Shown here piece by piece: positions 11,561 through 27,090 of a DNA stretch of 64,000 nucleotides (its first letter is position 1; the number at the start of each line of letters is the position of its first letter). The position numbers and the translations under genes are program-made. The notes beneath the pieces were generated by a model. The model worked only from the letters and a program-made list of their open reading frames with translations, was not told the DNA's origin and did no database searches. Origin of the DNA: Vitrella brassicaformis CCMP3155. Lineage: Eukaryota; Protista; Chromerida. The stretch is taken from assembly GCA_001179505.1 (NCBI GenBank), contig CDMY01000332.1, positions 52,553 to 116,552 of the forward strand, given 5' to 3'.

Positions 11561-12870
11561 CACGCCGCCAACGGTCTCTCTCTCTCTCACTCCCTCTCTC
11601 GGTGGATCCACACACACACAGTATGCCACTTCGTTCCATTCAACGTTTCTCCTCGGGCGCGTGTGTGTGTGTGTGGTCGATGGTGTCCTCGGCTGTGTGG
11701 GCTGAGTGCGTGCGCGAGTTAGTGAGGTACTTACGTGGTTTGCACACCTGTGTGTGTGTGCGCGTGTGTGTCGTGTGTGGTGCAACCAAAGGTGTTTCTC
11801 CTGCCTGCCTGCCTGCCTGCCTGCCTGCGCGTGTGTGTGTGTGTCTTGGGTGTGCAAAGCCCGACCGACCGAAACGCTCGGGCGGTGGGCGGGAGTCGTT
11901 TGTCTGTCTGTCTCTTGATGGGCTCCCTGGTGTGACGCTAGCTACCGATGTTTGTCTGTGCAGACGGCAGGGGTCTGATGGTCTGATGGAGGGAGGATGG
12001 GGTAGATAGACAGAGGCCACGTGAGTGACATATTTGTAATGCGCGTGTGAATGAATGAAGGCAATGCTGGGGGGACTCTGCGCCGCGCTACACACACACA
12101 TACCTCAGACGCGGTAAACCCAATCACGTACGCAAGACACACGGGCTTTTGGTTCCCGTGATGGGATGGTCCCTCCGTCCTATGCACCACTTATGCGCCA
12201 CACCCGTCTCCACAAATACAGACCACGTTAGGACAGTGCAGCAAAAAGTGACTGACCATCACCTCACTACTCACGTCCAGGTCTGCCTACTTGTTTCGTC
12301 TGTCTCCGCCAGTGAATGACGAACAGAAAGCCGACCTGCAACGCACTCCCGCAAAATACGGCTCCCGAACGCTTGCGTCGGAACCAACATGCATAAAATC
12401 ACAAAGCACATCCTCGAGCCCACAGCGATTAATTGTAGATAGAAAGAGACAGCCCTACTCTTGGTGTTCAGACGACGAGCACAAATAACAACGCACACAC
12501 GCACGGCGTCGTGCACCCAACTCCGAACAAATACAAGTGGCGGATCGAAAAACTGACTCCATTAGTCCGTCGCAAAAATTGACTCACTCCTCTGACTCTC
12601 ACAGGCCTGCCTACTTGTCTCGTCTCCTTTAGGGCAGTGCATGTCCCCTCGCTATCCTGGCTAGAAACTAAGGCGGTGTTGGCCACCCGGAAGTGTGAAA
12701 CGCACAAGCTGACACGGACACATCATCATCAGTGCCCTCGGGATGCATGGAATTGTTAGGACAGCCCCACATCCGTATATATAGTAGACAGGTACAGGAA
12801 CAAGTACAGTACGTACCATCGCCGTCAGTCAGTCAGTCAGTCAGTCGTCCCTCTCTCTTCCTCTTGCGCA

Positions 12871-15800
12871 TCAGCAGCCCTCCCGTTTGACCGCCGCAGC
12901 GCATTCCTTCCAGTCGCCGAAGTTGTTGTCGTTGCCGCCGCATCCACCATAATCGAAGGTCCTGCACTCGTCGTCGGCGAAGCCCCAGCGCTCGTACCCG
13001 ACATCACACTGGGTCAGCGACTCGCCGACGGGCTGCTCGCAGAGGGGCACCTCCTCCCGGCAGCTCACACAGCACGTCTCCTTGGGCGACTTGCGCTTCT
13101 TGAAGGGGCACTGCGGCTCAGGCGATGCACACGACTGCTCCGCAGACCAACAGGGCGTGTCTGCATGTAGAGGACAAGTGGTCAGACAGAGAGCGCAGGG
13201 CATGCTCGAGCTCTCGAATGGTCTCCCCCTTGCATGTACCAGGGCACTTTTGGGAGCCGGATACGAAGGGGAAGCCGCGGAGGCGGTATGGCTCAGCCTC
13301 GGTCTGATGACCACACACAGCGCAAGCCAGTGCCACGACATGCAGTGCGCAGACATCGACGTGCCACCGATTGACCTTGAGCATGCATTGCTGCCCGGTC
13401 CATGTGAAGTGGCGGCATTCGCTGTTGACCTCACACGCCTTCATGCACCCAACCGCCGTCCTCTCACCTGCAGCCATGTAATGATATACGCAAAGATTGT
13501 ACGGAAGCGCCTTTGCTGAGGGCGTACCCTGGGGCATGTCGTCTTTCTCAATAATTGCGATGCTCGGAGCGGCGATCTCCTGGCCGGCCTTGAAGCAGCT
13601 CTTGTCACAAAGTACGGACGAGGCGCCCTCCTCAAGGAAAGTCTCGGTCGCGACGTCATACCACGCGATGGGGGAAGGCCCCTTGTAGCTCTTGAGGAAG
13701 CCCTTGAGAAGGGGGTGTCCGCTCGACTTGATGTCGTCGGTGATGACCCAGGCGTCTTCCCTGGTGGAGAAGTACAGATATCGCTCCTCGTTTGCGGCCG
13801 TTTGCCGCTGGAAGATGGCCCCTCCGAATGTCTGATGCAGGTCAGCCCGCGTGTCCTTGGCGATGGTTGTCGCATCGTCAATGTCCGTAAGGAAGAGGCC
13901 GGACCACGACCACTCACCTGCGTCAGACAAGAGCGACCAATCGCAGACTGTGCCCCTCATGGTAAGTCGGTGTGTCCCCTTACCATTAAGGTTGGTCGTC
14001 GAGTCTCCCGTGAAGTTGCGGACGAACATCGAACCGCAAAGGTTCGGCTGCTGCAGCATCGTGCTGCAGAGAGCACACGGCAGCTTCGCGTCGCACTCCG
14101 CGCTTGTCCAATTGCCGCTGGGCCGAGCCTGAACACGCAACGGCGAGAGGGACGTCTCTCTCTTGGCGTGTGTACTTGGCTATTTGCTCAGCGTACCGTG
14201 GCACACTGCTTGCGCGACTCCAGGAAGCTGTCAATGGCCTTGAGGGGCCAGAAGGGCAATGCGTCCCGCAGCTTCTTCCTGTCCTCTTCGAATCGATCAT
14301 AAGAGAACGCAGTCGAGTCAACCCACCGCCAGTCGACGACCTCCGGCATATGGTGAGCTGCCAGAGGGGATCGTGAGGGCTGGCGAAGGCCGAGCCAGCA
14401 TGACTCTGTCTTGGCCTTGTCTCCGGTCAGCCATGAAAGCGGCCCGCCATTCGGCAGCAGATCCTTGAATGCGTCGATGATTGACGCGAGGCCACCCTGG
14501 GGGAATGCCTTCAAGGCTTGCTCAATCGCGCCCTCGAACTCAGGCGCATAGACGGCCTCCTCCTTCTTGGACTGCTGGTACCGATCTGCAGCCAGCTGCG
14601 TCAAGAAGAGGAGCGCTGCCGCCTGACGGCCACACAGACGACACACCAGAGGCGTATACACATACATATGCGTGGCCCGTGGTTCTTACGTGTTCGGTTG
14701 GGTTGTCGATTGATGCCAGCGTCGTGATGAGGCCGATGGGCGAGAGCCGCTCACACATGTCTTCGCTGTCGTCGAAACCAGCATAGCGGCGCAGACTGTC
14801 CTTTCCAAGACGTCGCAGTTGCGACTCGGCGTTGGCGGCGTCACGCTGTGCAAGCCAGTCGGGAGACGGATACTCGGGCTTGGCGAGGGCGTGCAGCTCG
14901 AGCTCTTCTGACAGAGAGTGGAAAGCCATGGGCGAAATGCACTGCAGCAGCAACAGCAAAGACACATTGGCTGTGGGGTCGTCTCTGCACGAGCTGTCAT
15001 CTACCTTTGTGTTGAGCTCATTGGGGATGCCTCCCGTGACGGGAACCGAGGTGCTTTTGCCTTTGTCGGGCGACAACATCAGGAGGGTGTCGAGGGGCGA
15101 CTTGACGCACCCGGAGACGGCAAATTGATACACCTCAGCCTACACGTCAATCAACACATGCTCACGGATGGCAGTGTGCAGCACGACATTAGAGGTAGAG
15201 GCATTGGTACCTCGTTCTTGCCATGCTCTGCAGGTGATGGCTTCACCAGCCCAAGGTTGTCATTGGGATCGTCGATGGGCCCGGGGGCCAGCTGCCCGTT
15301 GTCCACCACGGCCCCTTTGTTCAGCAACACCGTGTAGACCCGACCATTCAGTAGAGCGAGGCCAGACATGGAGACCTCGCACTTGTCCACGAACAGGGTC
15401 GATGATGCCATGTCGATGGTGATGTGCCCCTCGTCGGTGAGGCCGTCAAGCACGGCGTCTGTGAGAAGCTGCAGCGCCCCTTCGCCCCTTGTGATGACCT
15501 CATCGAAGAAAAGAGATACTTTGCCATCAGGATCCACACGAATGGCGCTCTGGATGGGCGAGAAGTGTCCAATCCTTCAGTATGCACATCAGCCACACAT
15601 GCATGTACACAAGACACATAAGATGCGGAGTGCCTCACGAATTGCCTCCCTGTATGAATGATCTCTTACTTCGGCGGCTCGAGGTCCACGACAACGAACG
15701 AGTACTTCTCTGGTGGGCCCGGTGGGATGCCGACGAAGGGGTTGTAGATGGGCAAGCCACCAGCATCAAGCGGAGGGGGGGCCAGCTGCCCGTTGTCCTG

Positions 15801-18268
15801 GACCACGCCCGCGTCCACAGTGACGTGGTAGCGCATGCCATCGTTGTCGAAGAGGACACTTGGGTCAATTACGAGGGTGCAGGCTGCCGCGGTGAGCTCA
15901 CTGCTTGTCGCGTCAATGATGATGGCTGGATTGATCGGAGGCAGGACCTCACAGGAGTCCTCGCGCAGCCACTCTGAAGCGATGACGTGGAGCCAGAGAC
16001 ATGCTATTGCTTCCTTTTGTCCTGCGCGTCCTTGCCTGGTGTGAGGATGATCTTCCCCGCGGGCCCCAGCCGAACGATCTCGTCGAACACCAAGTGCACG
16101 TCAGCATCTAGCGCAACACGCAACTCATCTTGAGACGGAACGAAGAGCTCCGGCCTCGCCCTACAGTACGGCAGTAAATGAGGGGTAAGTATGCAGCGAA
16201 CACGTGTTGCTTGCACAAAGCGTGTGCCGTGAGATGCCCCTGTGAGTCTCCACTCACTTTGGTTTCACGACATCGACGACCACAAACGAGTATGACTCGG
16301 GCGGGCCAGGTGGGATGCCGGGAAAGTCATTCTAGATGGTGTTGCCGTCGCCATCCAGAGCAGGAGGGGCATCTTGTCCGTTGTCCTCAATCACGCTCGC
16401 GTCCACAGTGACGTGGTAGCGGATGCCGTCGTCGTCGAAGAGGACACTTGGGTCGATTGTGAGAGTGCACGCCGAGATGCTGAGCTCACTGCTTGTCGCG
16501 TCGATAACAATAGGGGCGTCAATCACGGGCATAACCTCACAGGCGTCCTCGCGAACCCATTCTGCAAGAGACGCAGGGAAAAAGGTCGTGGATGTCGCCA
16601 AGAGATGGTGTGTCACATCGTTTCATTGTCCTTTGCTGTGTCATCCAAGCTTGCCTGGTGTGAGGGTGACCTTCCCCGCGAGCCCGATTCGAATGACCTC
16701 ATCGAACACCAATTGCACGTTGGAATCGAGCGGCACGCTCAGCTGATCTTGGGCGGGCACGAAATCCTCCACAACGGCCTTGGGAGCCACCGTGTCTGTG
16801 ACAGGACACAGAGAGGCAGTCCGGATGAGTTCAATGTGCAATGAGTTGAATGTGGGCAAGAGTCAATAATCACTCACCCGCCAGGATGATCGTGTTTTGA
16901 AACGTGTCCGTCGAGGGGTTGCCCGCCGTATCGCTCACGAATGACCCACTGAGGTGCAGCGAATACGAATAACCGTCCTCCTGGGGATACTGCAGGAAGG
17001 AAACACAGCCAGTCAGTGCCAACTACGTGTCTATTCTGTCGTCGCTGCAAGCAGATATTTACGCTGGGCCAGAATGTGCTCAAGTCGGCTCCTCTGAGCT
17101 GAACAGTGCAGGCATCGTGCTTGGTGAACAAGATGGGCTCAAGTGACACGGTTTGCTCGGCCTGATCAGCGCCCTCCGGCTGTTGGAACAGTCGATCAAT
17201 CGACATACACACGTGTGTGGGTGGTCGACGACAGCAGGCGCACGATCACTCACCTTGATTTCGCACGTGTTCTCTCTGATCCACATTCCAAAGATCCTGT
17301 ATGGACAGCATCACCCCACAACACAGTGCGCTGGCGTCTTGCGGTATTCGCATCGAGACAGACAGCTTGATGCGGATCTCTCCCTTCCTCCGTCCTTACC
17401 GTTGCGAGTGGCTGCCCGTCGTCCCCCAGAGTCGACTGGCTGACGTCCACCGGCTCGTTGTACTTAACCTACCACAAGTACACAGTACAGGTGCGTGTTC
17501 CACACGCATGTACAGTGTACAGTGTACAGTGTATACCTGCCACACGACGTCGGTGCCGATGAGGCGATCCGCGAAGGGAGGAGGAGAATAGCTGGTCACA
17601 ACGGGCGGGGTCTCGTCCTCTGTGTGAAACCACCACTCATCCGTGAGGTCAGTGAACAAGCCTCCCTTTCCGGGGGTTGTGAAGGTGTTGGTGGATCGGT
17701 CCATGATTGCTCCGTGTGGCGGGGACTGAGCAAAGCCGATATCCCATCTGAACCGGTCTCCCTCCAGACGATCGATAGGAAGCCCCAGAACAATCCAGTC
17801 GTCCTTTGACACGGCGATTGCTTCCAGACGCACTTCGAATTCTTGGGGGCTCCTGGGCTCCTGCAAGGCGGAAGTCATGAATATGCACTAAGCCATAGGC
17901 AGCTGACCATCGCGTATGTGCCTACCTCGCAAGGAGACGCCGGGGTGAATGTGGGAGTGAACTTCACGGTCTTGCCCTTGCCGATCTGCACCGGCTCGTT
18001 GAATTGGAACACCACGACGCAGCCGCGGCCCCCGAGCTTCCCCGGGTCGGAAAAGTCTGGCAGAGGCTCACCGGCAATGAGCGCGGCGACGTCGTTGGCC
18101 GTGAGCAAGGCGAGGTCCTCTGTGGTGAGGTCGGGATTGCAGGAGCTCAATGTCACAGTCTCGTCCTTCTCTGGATGGACAGGTCCCAGCACTGGTGGAT
18201 CCGTGTCTGCCACGTCTGCAGCTTCAGGCGGTTGCAACGAACACTCCTCATCTGATCATAAACACACA

Positions 18269-18344
<76 letters not shown>

Positions 18345-20976
18345 CACAAAGAGAGAGAGAGGCATAGAGAGATAAAAGGTCACCCCACACGCATATTCCT
18401 GTTCTTCGGTCTGACTTGGGGGGTGTGGACGATCTCCGCTGGAAGGAATGTCGAAACGTAGATAAACGACCTGTCCGTTTGGCAGAGGAATCGTCGGTGA
18501 GAATGGCCCGACGGTAAGCGTCGGCAGATCGTCGAGTTCGATCTTTCCGGAGGGAATCAGGTCGCAAGGATCACGACCCCAGATCTCGATGTCCACCCAT
18601 CTCCTGCAAGCCACGTGCCACGATTGAACGCGCATAATCACGAGTGCCGAACCTTTGGTCCTTACTTGCACAGAAACTCTCTGGGGTTGGCCACATTAGC
18701 CTGAAACGGTTATAATGAACGGGGACCAAGTGAGATCACGAAAATGCGAGAAGTGGGCCTCTTACGCAGAATCCGTCAAGGATGTCGTCGGGGTCTATTT
18801 TGTGGTCTTCTTTTTTGATTTCGGGAAGTTTGACGTCGATGGCTACTTGACTGCTGAAGGACGCTGCGCCGACCACCTGCGGTCCAATCACAACCATTCC
18901 AGCAGCCAGCCATACAGGGGTTGCTATATGCATCGTTGCTTTGGTGGGTGTGGGAGGGTGTGCTATACCACATCAACTTCCAGGATGTTTAGGTCGCTAA
19001 TGAATGAAGAAATGTCAAGCTGCAGAGGGATACAGCAGCACACACACACACACACACACACTGGTTCGTCCATAGAGGAAGCATTGTCATCACTCTTACT
19101 GCTCTCTGAATTGCGTCTTTAATGCTCATTTCAATGTCCTCTTCAAGCTTCTTAAGCTTCTCAACCGCTGTCTGGAGATCGGCAACCGCCTTGTGGAAGT
19201 CGGTGCATACATCTGTCGTCGCCGGATGATTGCTGATGCTCTCCAGCAAAGCGCCAAGCTCCACTTCTTGTTTGACCTCGATTGTTGAGATTGTCTTGAA
19301 GAGCTCATGGACTGTGTTGATGTGCTGGGGCAGCTCTCCGACACCTTGGGACCAGCTTTTCAGAGTTCCCGCGGCGTCCTTGATGTTCTCGAAGGGTATC
19401 AAGAAAATCGCCGAAAAGCCAGCCAATAATTCCCTTGGGAGTCATTGGCGGTCCGCCTTCCTGAAGCAATGCTTCAGCTTTCTCTTCTAGCAGCTCGATG
19501 AATATTTCTGTGTGAGAGGACGAGAAGGAGTGACCTGGTGGAATTGTGGGTGATCAAAGTGTTTGTCTTACTAAGTCTCTCGGCAGGATTTGAGGCTGTG
19601 ATTCCATCCAGCATGGCATTGCCCTCCTCAACTGCCTTGATGATCTTGTCTATGGCTTCCACCACTATCTGCAAATGACACAAACAGCCGTCCAGTCAAG
19701 ACACGTAGCGAAAGCGGATTTTCGTGCATACCAGAGCTTCTTTGTACAGCGACTCGCTGCCCGCGTCGAATAGAAACATCAGCGCCTCCTTAACATCTTC
19801 CTTATTCAGGATGCTTAGGTCATCGACAAGTGCATTAAGATCAGGAATGTCGGTGGAAATGTCCTGCTGACAAGCTTCGGCCGCTTTCAGTACATTGGGA
19901 AGGTTCACTTCGAGCACTTTTGCGCTATCCAGTGTCTTGGAGGGGTTCAGCACTTCGTTCAGGTAGCCTTTGGCCGCGTCAATAAGGTTGTCGGCTGCAC
20001 CAGTGATCAGCCCTGTGTCGGGATCGATGAAGAATCTCGCGATGCTTTCACATGAGCTTGCCCCTGAGACTCCGCAGCCTATGAGGTGACATCCGAGCTC
20101 CGTCCATGTCTTAAAGCCACTACACATACACAGAAACACACCCAAACACATACAAACACACACACACACACACACAGAGACACAGCAGCGGCAGCAGCAG
20201 CTTACTTCTCAGGCGGCGAATCAGGACTCCTGATCATGGCGATCTCAGCCAGTTCATAATACAGTGACTTCTTATTCCGTTTCCCTGGGTACATGGCTCT
20301 GCACAGCAAACGTACATAAACAACACTCCATACACACGTCCACAGCCAACAGCAATCATCCGCTCACTCGTGAACAGAACACTTCCTGCTATCCTGATAA
20401 GTGACGAGGTCCTTGCAGTCCTCGAGCAGTTTGGGGACGAGGATTTCGCCAACCCCTCCACAGAATGCATTGACCATCGCAACCACCGGGCCCTCATCTG
20501 CCACGTCTCCCGCAATGGTCTCTGTCATGCTCCTTATTTGCTCGACAAAGTCGTTCCCATCGGTGTCGAGGAGGTTGGCAGCGCACTCGCATGCCTTCCC
20601 GAAGAAGTCAATTGCCTCCTCGACGAGTGCAACGTCTACGCCGGGTGTTACCGCATTCAAGGCGGCACACAAGTTCACCTGCAGGCGCACACAGCAGACA
20701 GACATACAAGCGGCCTGACGCAGACCTGTGGACGCACTCATACTGACCTCGCAAACGTCTCGTACTCCCAAGGTGGCCGGGTCATCTGGGTCGCAGATGT
20801 TCGTGAAGGTATCTGTGACCACAAGGGCAAGCAAAAGGCGATGATTCAGTACCACGTCCTCGTGATCGTGACTCACCTCCCAATTGGTTGAATAGCTTGC
20901 ACGACTCATCGAGGACACCCCCCTCGACTCCCAAGCACAGTGCGGGCAACACCACCAACAGCACCAAGAGTTTCAT
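12871..20976 (-). CDS. Large secreted multidomain protein: signal peptide, Cys-containing helical region, 4-5 SbsA/Big_5-type Ig repeats, C-type lectin, PAN/apple, Kunitz
   Basis: Signal peptide MKLLVLLVVLPALCLG. Ig repeats such as DTVAPKAVV..VQLVFDEVIRIG..YHVTVDASVIED. C-type lectin CWLGLRQ..WRWVD..C..GNWTSAECDAKLPCALC. PAN CMKACEVNSECRHFTWTGQQCMLK. Kunitz CRTFDYGGCGGNDNNFGDWKEC. Junctions checked are in frame (CP|DTPC, CAT|ARPSG); not every internal junction was verified. Confidence 0.82.
15700..16790 (-). repeat. Two tandem, diverged copies of an Ig-domain coding module
   Basis: About 15700-16130 and about 16330-16790 share long nucleotide matches, e.g. gcgtccacagtgacgtggtagcg, gtcgaagaggacacttgggtc and gagctcactgcttgtcgcgtc. 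Confidence 0.9.
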
Positions 20977-21673
20977 CGGCTCTGCCTGCTCAGACGCCAA
21001 TCCGCCCTACAGTGTACCGAGCCGTTACCGGCTTAGCTCGCTGCTGGGTTGGTTGGGGACCTTCTGTCGTTGCGCGTAGACATTGTTGTTGACTGAAATA
21101 TCGGTTGGTCTGTTTGCCGACACACATCACGTCAGCGAGACGGCCAGACAGTCCGCCCCAGCTATCGGCCATGCAGTGGATCGTCTGCCAGCGCCTCCCT
21201 GCAGGACCCATTGATTGTGTGTAAGAGTATATGGAGGGGGGCGCCCGGACCGACCGACCGACAACTCAAACCAGAAGTGGCCGCACGCAGCTTGAAATAC
21301 ACACACACACATCATGATGTGTGCCGACTGATGACGGACCGACAAGAAGAAAACAAAGGAGAGCGAGGAAAGCACCCCCAGTCACGGGCATATGTAAGGT
21401 CCTCTCCCTCTGCCATGTCGATGGGATGGCCCGGCCCGTACCGTACCAGCTGGCACCGGGCGAACGAGCTCTAAATGAATGAATGGTGAGGAAGGCTGGC
21501 TGTCTGGGCGCCTGGCCGCCTCCTGTCCGTCTGTGTGTTCTGTTCTGTTCTGCTGCCCGTCTGGTGGTGTGCCGCTGAAAAGCACTGATAGATGGCCGCT
21601 GGCCAGTGGCGGGTAGATGTTGGCGGATTTGCCTACACCCCTAGCGCTCTCTCTCTCTCTCTCTCTGTGTGTG

Positions 21674-21705
<32 letters not shown>

Positions 21706-22077
21706 GTGTGTGTGTCCCCCGGTTTGCTGGCTGGCTGGCTGGCTGGCTGAGCGATGTCTATGCGATGGATGGATGGATGGATGGTTTGTGTGTTGTCACA
21801 CATCACATCCGGAACGAGACAGATACCCACGCGAAGGGCTTGGCTGATGGCCGAGAGATGAGACACACACTACTGTCACCTCAGGAAGTGCATCCATTCC
21901 ATCATCGAATGGGGTTCATGTGATCGAAATCCACCTAGTCCGCTCGCTCACTGCCTGTTGACCGTGAGTGACACACGCACATACATACATCTACACGTCC
22001 ACCACAAAAACCACACACGCGACGTACGCAAAAATTGTTGGGTTGAACCCACGTGATGAAAAACGCGTTGTTTCAGC

Positions 22078-22115
<38 letters not shown>

Positions 22116-22375
22116 ACAAACTGACAACAGCATACATATGTGTGTGTGTGTAGCGGCACCCACCCAACCCGACCACTCACTCAACCTTGCAGATTCGCAG
22201 ATTGCGAAAAAACGAATAAGAAGAATTCCTCAGTCAGTCAGTCGGCCAGCCCACACGCCACACCGCCACACCGGCCGGCACCTGTTTGTTGCCCTAACAC
22301 ACACACACAGGCCCCCCAGCCGCATCGCCCCCCCATGAATGGTCTGCATCCATAGAGACATGCGTGCTATGCATC

Positions 22376-25300
22376 CTATGCCCCCTCAGCCACGCCCCTG
22401 TCTCGCTCGCGCAACGCGTCACCGTCATCCGAGCCGCCCTCTGCAATCCCGGACCGAAACGACGCGATTTCGACGATGCCGTGGCGGGACACCGGGGACG
22501 GCCCGTCCTCTTCGTCGTCGTCAGGACCGCGGTTCATCGGCGTCTGTTTCTCCTTGAACAGACCGCCCTGACGACACACATACACACATACACACACACA
22601 CGCACACACGCACAGCCGCAGCCGCAGCAGCAGGATACAGTACGCGATGCAGGCGGGCTTGCTTGCTTGCTTATTAGTGACCTGCGGGAAGCCGCTCTGT
22701 TGGTTGGGGCTCAGGCGGTCGTGTCGGTATGTGAAGTGGAGCGACCCGTAGATCAGGAAGCAGACCGCCCAGGGCAACAGCTGACACACCATTAATTGAC
22801 ACACAGACACAGATTATGTGGGGCCGACGAGACACGTGCGCACTCACCATGGCGACCGTCAATGAGTTCGCTAAGGCGTTGACATTGTGCAGGCGCGTCT
22901 CCTCTGTCATGTCCTTGACCGCCAAGTCGCTGATCTCGTAGCCGAAGAACATCTGACATGTATGTCAAGCGGCAACACACCACACACGCAGTGGGCCTGG
23001 TGCCACTAGTGGGCCTCATCGTCCTTGCCCCACCTCTGCCATGAAGGCGACTGAATGTACGAGTCAATGACGTTGAATATGTACACAAATGATCAGTCAA
23101 TTCCACATCGGTAAGACAGAGGATGCTTCTACCTCGCTCTTCTACCTGATGGTGCCCCGAAAAGGCTTCCAGAAGCCCCCTCGATGGCCAGCAGCCACGC
23201 AAAGATGGTCGCACGGTCGGCAGGCTCGACGATGTCCGACAGGATGGGGCGGTTGGTCGCCACCGACGCCCACGATGCCACCATGCCCAATAGAAACATG
23301 CAGGCAAGGAAGGCGATGTACCAGTCGGGTGACCGGGGGATGACCTGCAGCACTATAGCCGTCATGGGCATTCCGAGCAGGACCGAGATCTGCGCCGTGA
23401 GAGGCCGCCCGTGATTGCCGTTCCACGAGTGCAGCGAGTCGCCGATCTTCCCGCCAATCAGCCCACCAACTCCGGCACCGGCCTGCTTGGCGGCCCATGC
23501 GAGCGCAGCTTGATAATCCTGTAGGCCCACATACTGCATGACACACACAGACAGACAGACAGACAGAACGACCGAACGAAGTATGCAGCTTGTATGGTGT
23601 GCCATCCACCCATCCATCTCACCTGGTACCTGCACACACACACACACACACCACCACATATCCACGGCGATACAGACACATGTCCTGTCCTTAGAATCGG
23701 TCTACGACGTCAGCCCACCACAGGGTGAAGAAGGCCATCGCATTCCAGGGCACATTGCCGAACACTCCTTGCAGCACCACGCCCCAGAAGGATGGCTTCC
23801 TGGCCATATTTCGGATCTTCCTAAGCTCCCGAGCCATCCCGCGAACCACCGCCGACCGACGTCCAGTCCCGCTCTGAACGAACAGCCACGATAAGGGCGG
23901 GAGGGAAGAGGAAGGCCAGTGCGCTGTGCGCCGGTCCGTCTTGTGTCTGTCTCTGTGTACACACCTGCTCGTCGGCTGCTGCGCTGCCATGTCGTGGGAT
24001 GCTCATGCTGGTCAAGGAGATGATGACGCCAAGCGCAATGGACAGGAGGCCAACAACAATGAAACCCACCCTCCAACCAGACATGCCTAAGCGCAGCGCA
24101 TCCACCCATCCATCAGATACACACACACACACCACACAGGCAGCCGAAAAGATGATGGCATGCTCCCCCCGCGACAGCCCCTCTCTGCGGTTGGTGTGCG
24201 TGTGGCGTGACCCACCGCCTACCGAGGATGATCATCTGTGATATTGTGGTGGTTGCCACCCCTCCCAGAATGGCCCCTGTGTTCTGCGAGGCCTGCACCC
24301 ACCCAAAGGCCCGTCCACGCTCGTCCACACTGAAGAGGTCAGCTATCATCGACTGGGATAGAGGCCCAACGCCTGCAGTGCAGTGCACACAAACCAAAGC
24401 GGCAGCATGACATGATTGCCCTGTGATGCGTGGGATGGGATAATGTGGGAGTGACGCCTGTGCGTGTCGGTACTTGCGAGCGCCATGCCATTCAGGGCTC
24501 GCAGAGACATCATCTGAGCAGATGTCGACGAAACGCACAGTCGTCAATGCTGCCAGCACCACCACCACCTCATCGCTCCCTCACCTCCCAGAATCGTGTT
24601 GACGCCGCTAAGACGATGGTGAAAACACCCCACAAGATGCACCCATACGCCTGCAGATGTCACCCACCAGTGGACACACGTCACGCATACGGCAAGGCGA
24701 GCCTACCAGGACGGTCTGCCTGCTGTATCTGTCAGCAAGGAAGCCCCACACAGGCGCCGACAGCGACTGGAACAGACTTTGACAGAGCGACAGCTGCCCG
24801 AGGTCCTGTCGAAACGAGCACATCAGGTGAAAGCACCAAAGTAGTGATAGACGGAAGATAGAACCTTTGTCGTTTTCATTCGCAGCAAGGCCATTGACCT
24901 TTGAGTGATGGATACTTACCTTTGGGCCGAGATGCAGCTCTCTTTCAAGGGCACGAAACGTGCTGGGCAGCAGTTGCATATCGGCCCCTGCAAGAAAGAG
25001 CACACACACAACACACAACACACAACACACAACACACAACACACAGACCGTTTGCTTCTCCTTGCAATCATCAATCAAGAGAGAGGTGAGTGAGTGAGTG
25101 TACTGGCGAACCATCGAGGGCACAGGCGACGTTGAGGATGTTTTGTGTCTTCCTGCGATTGGTGGAGGGGAGGGAGAGTCGCTTGCTCTGGAGGGGTCTG
25201 ATGGCTGGCCACACAATGTCCGCAAGCCACACGGACGGCTGAGACCAGGTGGTTGCTGACGAGGCATGGGCCATCGAAGGCAGACATTCTGTGACAGGCA

Positions 25301-25451
25301 CCGACGGGATGTCCACAGTACACTTGTCATCGGCCTCCTGGGCAGTCGCCATATCGCCAGTGGGGAGGACCTTGTTTCTCGTACTTCGGTAAATTTGGGT
25401 GCGAGCTAGGCCATCGGTGATCATGGGGCGTGCCACGCTCAAACCAGGCAT
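22376..25451 (-). CDS. Major facilitator superfamily transporter (spinster-like, alveolate type)
   Basis: Motifs GADMQLLPSTFRALE, SAPVWGFLADRYSR, PLSQSMIADLFSVDERGRAFG, GWRVGFIVVG, QGVFGNVPWNAM, GGKIGD..GRPLTAQ and NRPILSDIV. Confidence 0.9.
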
Positions 25452-25696
25452 TCACAGCATTCGATCACAACCCTCGCCAGGTCCACTAGCTAGCTACTCG
25501 AGGAAAAAATCACAAGAGCCGACGCACGCACAATCCTCGGTCGGGAGCACATGAAGGTGTATGTAATTTATCAGGTGTAAGATTCACTCACAAACCACAT
25601 GCATTCATTGGACACAAAAACTGCCTCGCGAAAAGACAAGACGGCCTGTCTCGAATACACTGACCGACCTGTGGATCTGTCTGTCTGTCTAGCTGT

Positions 25697-27090
<1,394 letters not shown>

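Noticed and set aside
11900-12420. Possible small minus-strand secreted gene (MCFVILCMLVPTQAF...)
   Set aside because: Two plausible exons, but no recognisable domain or clear terminal exon.
21000-22370. Short ORFs and splice-like signals between the adhesin and MFS genes
   Set aside because: No coherent reading frame; probably UTR or intergenic repeats.
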